Origin: a virus
Direction: 5' to 3' (one strand)
Virus record (IMG/VR): IMGVR_UViG_3300010397_000041
Coordinates: 1-64,000 of that record
Length of the DNA stretch: 64,000 nt
Every line of letters begins with the position of its first letter. Position 1 is the stretch's first letter. Below, piece after piece: positions 58,342 through 64,000 of the stretch. The position numbers and the translations under genes are program-made. The notes below the pieces were generated by a model. That model was not told where the DNA came from, searched no databases, and was given only the letters and a program-made list of their open reading frames with translations.

Positions 58342-58372
58342 GGCGGGCAGAGCGACCCTGCGGGATGCCTGC

Positions 58373-58642
58373 CTACTCGACGTCGTTGGCGGCGCGGGGG
58401 CCGTCGGCCAGCCGCTTGTACTTCTCGGCGGTCGTGTGGCCGTCCCAGTCGTTCGGCTTGACCTTCAGCGAGTCCGGGAACAGTTCGACGTCGGCTTGGG
58501 CTATGTGCCAGCACATCTGCCCACCCGGTCCGTGGATGCAGATCACCGGCCAGTCGGGTTCGTCCGGATCGACGGCCCAGTGGGCGTCGTACAGCCGGGC
58601 GAGATGGGCGACGAGGTAGGCACGCTCGCGGTAAATGTCCAC
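58373..58642 (-). CDS. WDGH-motif phage protein
   Basis: YRERAYLVA...GQMCWH...WDGHT. Confidence 0.75.
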   Translation of the reverse strand: MDIYRERAYLVAHLARLYDAHWAVDPDEPDWPVICIHGPGGQMCWHIAQADVELFPDSLKVKPNDWDGHTTAEKYKRLADGPRAANDVE

Positions 58643-58645
58643 GGG

Positions 58646-58861
58646 TCAGTCCAGATCGTGGGAGGCGGCGCTGGGGGCGAGATGCGCGAGCGGCGCCAGG
58701 TCGGCGAAGCGCCACAGCGACGGGATGCGCTGGTGGCCGCGTACTACAGGTTTGATGCCCTCTCGGGCCAGCAGCTTGTGTGTAGCGCGGCAGCGGTTCG
58801 CCGTCGACCGGCCGAGCCAGGCTGTGATCTCCCAGATATCAACAAGCCCGGTAGGCCGCAT
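58646..58861 (-). CDS. Small HTH-like protein
   Basis: LVDIWEITAWLG...LWRFADL; GGAGG RBS. Confidence 0.5.
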   Translation of the reverse strand: MRPTGLVDIWEITAWLGRSTANRCRATHKLLAREGIKPVVRGHQRIPSLWRFADLAPLAHLAPSAASHDLD

Positions 58862-58904
58862 GGCGACCTCCGGGCAATCTCGTGGCTCCCTGCCATTATG
58901 CGCC

Positions 58905-59150
58905 CTACGCTGTCGACTGCAAGCATGCGGTTGATCGCGGCGCTTCGCGGCGGCAGCGGGAGCACAGGTGCCGGGCCCGTCGTCGGACCATGACCGCGCA
59001 GTCGTCGAGTTGCGCGCCGCAAACGGTGACCACGGGGCCGATAGGAATCGTGTTCCAGCCGGCCGGTTCGGGTGGCGGGTCGGCGATCAGGGTGAGGTGT
59101 AGCTGCTGCTCGAGGCGGCCGCGGAGCACGGCCCGAAGCTGGTCAGGCAT
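58905..59150 (-). CDS. Zn-binding small protein (module B)
   Basis: QLHLT...GPVVTVCG...CSRCRRE. Confidence 0.6.
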   Translation of the reverse strand: MPDQLRAVLRGRLEQQLHLTLIADPPPEPAGWNTIPIGPVVTVCGAQLDDCAVMVRRRARHLCSRCRREAPRSTACLQSTA

Positions 59151-59412
59151 CGTCGCCGAGTAGTGCGGCCAGCTTCCCGTGGGCCACCGAGGTTTCCAAC
59201 GGTACGACCGCCCTGCCCGCGAGGATCGCCTTGCCGAGGGAAACCGCAAACTCGCGGGCTGCGACCTCGACAGCGAGGAGCTGGCCGAGCCATCCGTACT
59301 CCGGGCCGATGGCGTGGTCGGACAGCTCCTGGAGCCATTCCGCGCCTGGCCGTCGGTGGTCGCGTTCTCCGGGCATGCCGCACAGCTCGTACCAGTCCCC
59401 GCTGTCACCCAT
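59143..59412 (-). CDS. Small protein (module A)
   Basis: HAIGPEYGWLGQLLAVEVAARE. Confidence 0.6.
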   Translation of the reverse strand: MGDSGDWYELCGMPGERDHRRPGAEWLQELSDHAIGPEYGWLGQLLAVEVAAREFAVSLGKAILAGRAVVPLETSVAHGKLAALLGDDA

Positions 59413-60430
59413 CGAGGGGGCCTGCCCTCTTCCCGGCGCTCGGCTGTGCAGCACGGAGCATCGCCAGGAACTCGCCGCGGGTCTCGGCGCCGTGCGTGTT
59501 CCGGCCGTGCAGCCACAGCGCGTTCTCGACTCGCCGCTCGTAGAGCAGGTCGACGGCGCCCGGCAGGCCAAGCTCTGCGGCGTACGACGCGAGGTTGGGG
59601 GGATGTTCGTACTCCCAGCCGCACAGCGGGCAGATCGACACGGTCGCGCCTGGCCGGTGCCGGTGGATCTGACCCGGCATGCCGGCGGTCTCACGGCGGC
59701 AGCGGGAGCATGCGCCCTTGGATCGGCGGCGGGTCAACACCGCGGAGGGGATCCCGATGCCGCAGGCGGTGCGGACCGGGCCGACCGCGCGGTCCCGGTT
59801 GGCGATCAGGATGTCCGAGGGCCAGCGAGGATTGGGATCGTCCATGTTGGCCGGGGCTTTCGCGGCCAGGTGGGCTGACAGCCAGGTGAGGTGGATCTGT
59901 CGGCGACGGTCGGCCGCGTACGGCCGGCAGACCGCGCGCAGGACGAGGAGTTCGCTCACCCGTTTCTCCCGGTGCCCCTGCAGCGGTCGACGCAGTCCGA
60001 CGACACATAGCAGCCGCCGTCGAGGTCGAAGCTGGACGGCGGGGCGATCCAGCAGGGGTGACGGCGGACACGCAGGATCGAAGTCGGGTGCGTCTGAGGA
60101 TTGCGCGGGCTGGGCGTGCGCCTCGCCGAGCAGTACGGCGAGCTTCTCGTGGGCCTCGGCCAGCCGTTCGTGCAGCTTCTCGCCGTCAGCCCCAGCGTGG
60201 GTGTCGATCTCCCAGGCGGACCAGTACGGGGAGACCGTCTCATCGTCCACTAGGGGAGCGACCGCGGCGGCCAGCTCGCGTGCTGCGGCCTCGATGGCGA
60301 GCAGTCGGCCATAGGGCCCGTACTCGGCTCCAACGAGATGGTCTTCCGCGAAGTGCTCGACGTCGTCCTCGGCGAAGTGGGATCGGGGAAACCAGTCCCG
60401 GCAGAGCGCACACGACTCGCCCTTGACCAT
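59405..60430 (-). CDS. Fusion of module A + module B + CPLC domain
   Basis: HLVGAEYGPYGRLLAIEAAARE; QIHLT...GPVRTACG...CSRCRRE; CPLCGW. Confidence 0.6.
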   Translation of the reverse strand: MVKGESCALCRDWFPRSHFAEDDVEHFAEDHLVGAEYGPYGRLLAIEAAARELAAAVAPLVDDETVSPYWSAWEIDTHAGADGEKLHERLAEAHEKLAVLLGEAHAQPAQSSDAPDFDPACPPSPLLDRPAVQLRPRRRLLCVVGLRRPLQGHREKRVSELLVLRAVCRPYAADRRRQIHLTWLSAHLAAKAPANMDDPNPRWPSDILIANRDRAVGPVRTACGIGIPSAVLTRRRSKGACSRCRRETAGMPGQIHRHRPGATVSICPLCGWEYEHPPNLASYAAELGLPGAVDLLYERRVENALWLHGRNTHGAETRGEFLAMLRAAQPSAGKRAGPLDG

Positions 60431-60433
60431 CGC

Positions 60434-60850
60434 TCAATTCCCCGTTCGCAGACGCAGCCACCGGGCCCGGTAGTCCGGGTGGTGTTCCCAGATCTTCATG
60501 GCGGTCCGTACGTCCATGCAGGGGTAGGCGGCCCATTCGCAGCCACGGCAGCGGACCCAGATTTCGTCGTCGTCGTGGACAGCGCCCGGCCCGTGTGGAC
60601 GCAGGATCGTCGCGAGGGCCTCGGTGACCTCCACATCAAGCTGGGCGGGGGTACGGGCGGTCAGCTCGGCGAGACGGGCTTCGAGGAAGGCGGCAAGGTC
60701 GGCCTTCTGAGCGGCGAAGCGGACCGCACGGGCCCGGGGCTGCGGGTAGCAGGCGTGCCAGGTTGCGCCGCCTTCCCGTGCCGCCGCGGCGTCGGCGATA
60801 CGCACCAGCTCGTCGCAGCGGGCGACGATCGCGGCGCGAAGGTCAGGCAC
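60434..60850 (-). CDS. DUF6221-like phage protein
   Basis: DLAAFLEARLAE...CRGC...YPC...WEHHPDYRARW. Confidence 0.7.
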   Translation of the reverse strand: MPDLRAAIVARCDELVRIADAAAAREGGATWHACYPQPRARAVRFAAQKADLAAFLEARLAELTARTPAQLDVEVTEALATILRPHGPGAVHDDDEIWVRCRGCEWAAYPCMDVRTAMKIWEHHPDYRARWLRLRTGN

Positions 60851-61259
60851 GACGCCGCCCCTCGAACCCCGCGACCACCCGGGCAACGTTCGCGTCGATC
60901 ACGGCCCGCGTCTCGGCGACACGCGCCAGGTCCGGCGGTGGCACCTCGACGCCCAGCGCGGCGTGGATCTCCTGCCACAGGCCAGACTCCGTCAGGTCGA
61001 TGCCGACCTGTTCCCACGGTGTCGGGCCGACGAGCGCCGTCCAACGGGCGATGCGGAGCACCGCCGAGTCACAGCCCATCGACCACACCCCGTTGGCCGC
61101 CAGGTTTCGGGCCGCGGACAGGTCGTGCCACAGGCAGATCAGTTCGGTCCGGGCGGCTTCTTCCCAGCCGGATGGTTCGTCCGCGAGCTCGGCCAGCGCC
61201 CGGGCGGCGGAGGCGCGTGCCTCCCGCTGGGCGGCGGCCAGGCTGCCGGGCTCAGCCAT
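60843..61259 (-). CDS. Hypothetical protein
   Basis: GGAGG RBS; high GC3. Confidence 0.65.
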   Translation of the reverse strand: MAEPGSLAAAQREARASAARALAELADEPSGWEEAARTELICLWHDLSAARNLAANGVWSMGCDSAVLRIARWTALVGPTPWEQVGIDLTESGLWQEIHAALGVEVPPPDLARVAETRAVIDANVARVVAGFEGRRRA

Positions 61260-61265
61260 CGGTGT

Positions 61266-61605
61266 TCACCTCCAGCCGGGCCGCGGCATCGGCCATCGGC
61301 TCACACGGCCACGAATCCACCCAGGCGTATCGGGCGCGTCGGCGACCTGCTTGGCGATCGCGGTCAGGGCCTTCGCGATGCTGCGCGCCGTTCGGCGGTT
61401 GAATCCGGCGGCGATGCGCATGGCGGCGAGGACAGCGGCGTCGGGGAGGTCTTCGGCTTCGGCGGTGAGCACCGGGTCGACGCGGCCGAGGACCTCGAAG
61501 TCGCCTCGGCAGCCGCAGGGGGATGTCGGCGGCCTTCCGCACTCGGGCCGGGTTCCCGTCGGCGATCCAGGCGGCGAGCGGCGCGCCGAGCGTCGGAGTG
61601 TTCAC
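61266..61605 (-). pseudogene. Frameshifted small gene (extra C in C5 run)
   Basis: High-GC3 frame switches at 61518-61522. Confidence 0.5.
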
Positions 61606-61706
61606 CGCTGCCACCGGTCCCGCTCGAAGTAGACGCCGAGGGTGAAGCCGAGCAGACCGGAGGCGAGGGCGGCCAGCACGATGATCAGGATGGTGCTCGC
61701 GGTCAT
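61602..61706 (-). CDS. 34-aa single-TM protein
   Basis: MTASTILIIVLAALASGLLGFTLGVYFERDRWQR; coupled on both sides. Confidence 0.6.
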   Translation of the reverse strand: MTASTILIIVLAALASGLLGFTLGVYFERDRWQR

Positions 61707-62155
61707 GATGTTGACTCCGCTGCGAGCAGGAACCGCATCGCCTCGTCGCGGCGGAACCCTGCCTGCAGGTGCGCGGCGAGCGTCTCGTACCGGGCCCTCG
61801 CAACCGGGTCAGGAGGCAGGGCTGTCGGCCCGGTGACGACCGCCGTGGCTGACGGCAGCCAGTTGCACGTCAGGATCGGCACACCCCGGCCGGTAAGCGG
61901 ATGGGCCACCGTCTCGATAAATGCGGGCTTGTTCAAAGCATCGTCGTAAGTCCGAGGCGGCCGGACCGCGACGGCAAGCACCGTTTGCGCCGTCGACGAC
62001 ATGTAGATCCCGGCCGGTTCGCCACCCCAGTCCCGGACAATCGTTTCCAGGGCGTCGAACAGCCGGTCTGGTGCTGCGACCCTACTGACGTCGATTTGGC
62101 GGAGTTCGCCGGTCTCGCCGTCGGCCCAGTAGATGTGGGTCAGGTCGCCGGTCAT
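61703..62155 (-). CDS. Stand-alone major-capsid A-domain-like protein
   Basis: GGAGG RBS; EPAGIYMS...TGRGVPILTCNWLPSATAVV matches own MCP. Confidence 0.7.
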   Translation of the reverse strand: MTGDLTHIYWADGETGELRQIDVSRVAAPDRLFDALETIVRDWGGEPAGIYMSSTAQTVLAVAVRPPRTYDDALNKPAFIETVAHPLTGRGVPILTCNWLPSATAVVTGPTALPPDPVARARYETLAAHLQAGFRRDEAMRFLLAAESTS

Positions 62156-62955
62156 GAGGCCTCCGCGAGGCGCATCGTCAGCGCGTGCAGCTGGTCGTTG
62201 CCGAGGCGCCAGGCGTGGCGCATCGACCGGTCGTTGACCCGGCAGCTGACGGGTGGATTCCCCCAGCACCAGGGGCAGTCGGGGTTGCGCGCGTCTCCGC
62301 AGCCGCCGGTCTGGGTTTCGGGGTCTCCGAGGCAGAGCATGCGGCAGGACGGATAGTTGTGATCGTCGTGGCAGCCGTTCGGGCCGCCGGTGCCGCAGTA
62401 GATCAGCCCCGTATCCGGGGAGATCATCAGCGAGGGTTGTTTGCAGGCGTCGCACGTCGCCGCCGCGAGGCGCAGCGGGTAGGGCGCGCGGATCAACCCG
62501 AGTTCGATCTTTGTCCGACCGTGGTAGGAGCGAAGGTCGGCGAGGACTTCCTCGCCGAGGGGATGGTCTGCCGCGAGCTCAGGGAGTAGGGCCAATGCCC
62601 GGTCGAATGGGATCGCGAGGGCCCTGACCCGCCGGCCGTCGGGGGTTCGGCCGCGGTCGAGTGCCGGGTGGACGACCGGCAGCCAGTAGGTCACGGCCTT
62701 GCGTATCTCGCTCGCGAGGGACAGCGGGTAGTCGTCTGTCGGCGGCTGCGAATGCGGCTTCGACGACGAACCCGATACCTGCTCGACGACAGGTCGCTGC
62801 TCGTACTTCTCGGCGAGGCGGTCGAGGAGGCTTGGGTGCGCTTTCTTCCCGGGCGCCAGTTGCTCGGCCGGCGGGTCGTCTCGGTGTTTGAACTCGACGT
62901 GTTGTTCGTGGAGCAGTGCCCGAAGTTCTTCAGCGATCGCGTCGTTCGCTGTCAC
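62152..62955 (-). CDS. Cys-rich actinophage protein (possible transcription regulator)
   Basis: HPSLLDRL...SKPHSQPP...CDACKQPSL...YC; TACGGT -10 leaderless. Confidence 0.65.
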   Translation of the reverse strand: MTANDAIAEELRALLHEQHVEFKHRDDPPAEQLAPGKKAHPSLLDRLAEKYEQRPVVEQVSGSSSKPHSQPPTDDYPLSLASEIRKAVTYWLPVVHPALDRGRTPDGRRVRALAIPFDRALALLPELAADHPLGEEVLADLRSYHGRTKIELGLIRAPYPLRLAAATCDACKQPSLMISPDTGLIYCGTGGPNGCHDDHNYPSCRMLCLGDPETQTGGCGDARNPDCPWCWGNPPVSCRVNDRSMRHAWRLGNDQLHALTMRLAEAS

Positions 62956-62995
62956 GGTTCCGACCGTACCCGGACCATCGGGACGCCCGGTGGCC

Positions 62996-63542
62996 CTAAC
63001 GGGACGAATCGGGTGGCGTGTCGCCGGGCCGGACGGCGCGCAGCGGCCGGCCGGCGGGCGGCTGGGCTGAGGGGTGCCCGACGGCGGCGGCGGTGTCGGC
63101 GGCAACGTTGCGGGTCGCGTCGCGCCACGCTTCCTTGATGGCGCCCCAGGCGTCGCCGATGGCGGACATCGCGCGGCTGGCGAGGGCGGTCGAGAGCCGG
63201 TTGGCGTCGTCATCGGTGATCTTGCGGCGGTCGATGCGGGTGACCAGCTCGTCGACGAGGAGCGCGGTCGGCAGGTTGTCGAGGTCGGGCGGCGCGCTGG
63301 TCATGTGGATCAGCATGCCGTACCCGGCAGGTCGCGGCGCGAGTACGTCATGGCGGCGCCGGCCGGGGGGCTGGGCCGACCAGGACGGTCCGGACTGAGC
63401 GCCAGTTCACGAGCATGCCGCGGCCGTCGGCGAGGTGCAGCAGTTCGACTTCGCTGCGGGCGAGTGCCTGCGCGACGCGGCGGTGAAGCTCGTCGGTGTC
63501 GGTGTCTCGGGGAATTCGTACGGCTCGCCCGCCGCGAGTCAT
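62996..63542 (-). CDS. Two small hypothetical genes (63348-63542, 62996-63316)
   Basis: High-GC3 ORFs downstream of dnaB. Confidence 0.5.
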
Positions 63543-63578
63543 GGCCGGTTGCTCCGCTCTCTGACGACGGTTCGGAGG

Positions 63579-64000
63579 TCAATTCACCATGTCGACAAAC
63601 CGGCTGTAGTGCCCTTGGAATGCCACGGTGATCGTGCCGGTCGGGCCGTTGCGGTGCTTGGCGACGATCAGATCGGCCTCGCCGGCCCGCGCTGACTCCT
63701 TCTCGACCATGTCTTCGCGGTACAGCAGGATCACGATGTCCCCGTCCTGCTCGATCTGGCCAGAATCACGCAGGTCGGCCAGCGTCGGGCGCTTGTCCGC
63801 GCGCAGGTCGGAGGCCCGGTTGAGCTGGCTGACGACCACGACTGGGATCTCCAGCTCCATCGCGAGCGTCTTCAAGCCGCGGCTGATCTCGCTGATCTCC
63901 TGGACCCGGTTGTCGCGGCGGCCCGCCGTCATCAGCTGCAGGTAGTCGACGAGCAGCAGTCGCAGGTCGTTTCGCTCGTAGAGACGCAGCGCCGCAGCGC
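63579..64000 (-). CDS. dnaB: Replicative DNA helicase DnaB, C-terminal part (5' partial)
   Basis: LLVDYLQLM; EISEISRGLK; SQLNR; RPTLADLRDSGQIEQDGD; AKHRNGPTG. Confidence 0.95.
   Translation of the reverse strand, partial: AAALRLYERNDLRLLLVDYLQLMTAGRRDNRVQEISEISRGLKTLAMELEIPVVVVSQLNRASDLRADKRPTLADLRDSGQIEQDGDIVILLYREDMVEKESARAGEADLIVAKHRNGPTGTITVAFQGHYSRFVDMVN

Larger units (their letters stand above)
22964..64000 (-). mobile_element. Siphovirus-like actinobacterial prophage/phage: replication end, packaging, head, tail and lysis modules; boundaries not visible
   Basis: Canonical order terminase-portal-MuF-protease-capsid-adaptor-tube-TAC-TMP-tail-lysis, co-oriented on the minus strand; continues past the right edge. 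Confidence 0.95.

Noticed and set aside
1-64000. Integrase, att sites, tRNA, reverse transcriptase/DGR
   Set aside because: No recognisable recombinase or RT motifs, cloverleaf, or TR/VR pair seen by eye; these may lie outside the window

Overview
High-GC, actinomycete-type sequence dominated by a siphovirus-like prophage or phage-plasmid. No integrase, att site, tRNA/rRNA or CRISPR array is visible in the window. The minus strand from ~64 kb to ~23 kb runs: DnaB end, small early genes, terminase, portal, split MuF with an HExxH peptidase, prohead protease, major capsid, head accessories, adaptor, tail terminator, tube, chaperone (probable -1 frameshift), tape measure, LamG tail protein, and a lysis region with a beta-helix protein, GH25 endolysin, S53 peptidase and holin. 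The left ~23 kb is accessory. It holds a coupled operon ending in a TraB/FtsK-like translocase preceded by phased 8-bp repeats, an XRE-TPR/GNAT locus, a radical SAM + PIMT-like methyltransferase pair, and several AlpA/Xis-like HTH genes. Most striking: four small stand-alone genes each carry a diverged fragment of one of this phage's own virion proteins (major capsid, portal, prohead protease, tape-measure C-terminus), a candidate decoy/mimic system. Also notable are a rSAM with a fused CxP/DGSD precursor-like tail, a 732-aa PPWPQG/RRG repeat protein, a protamine-like protein, and a duplicated inverted structured leader. All similarities were judged by eye; no database searches were run.
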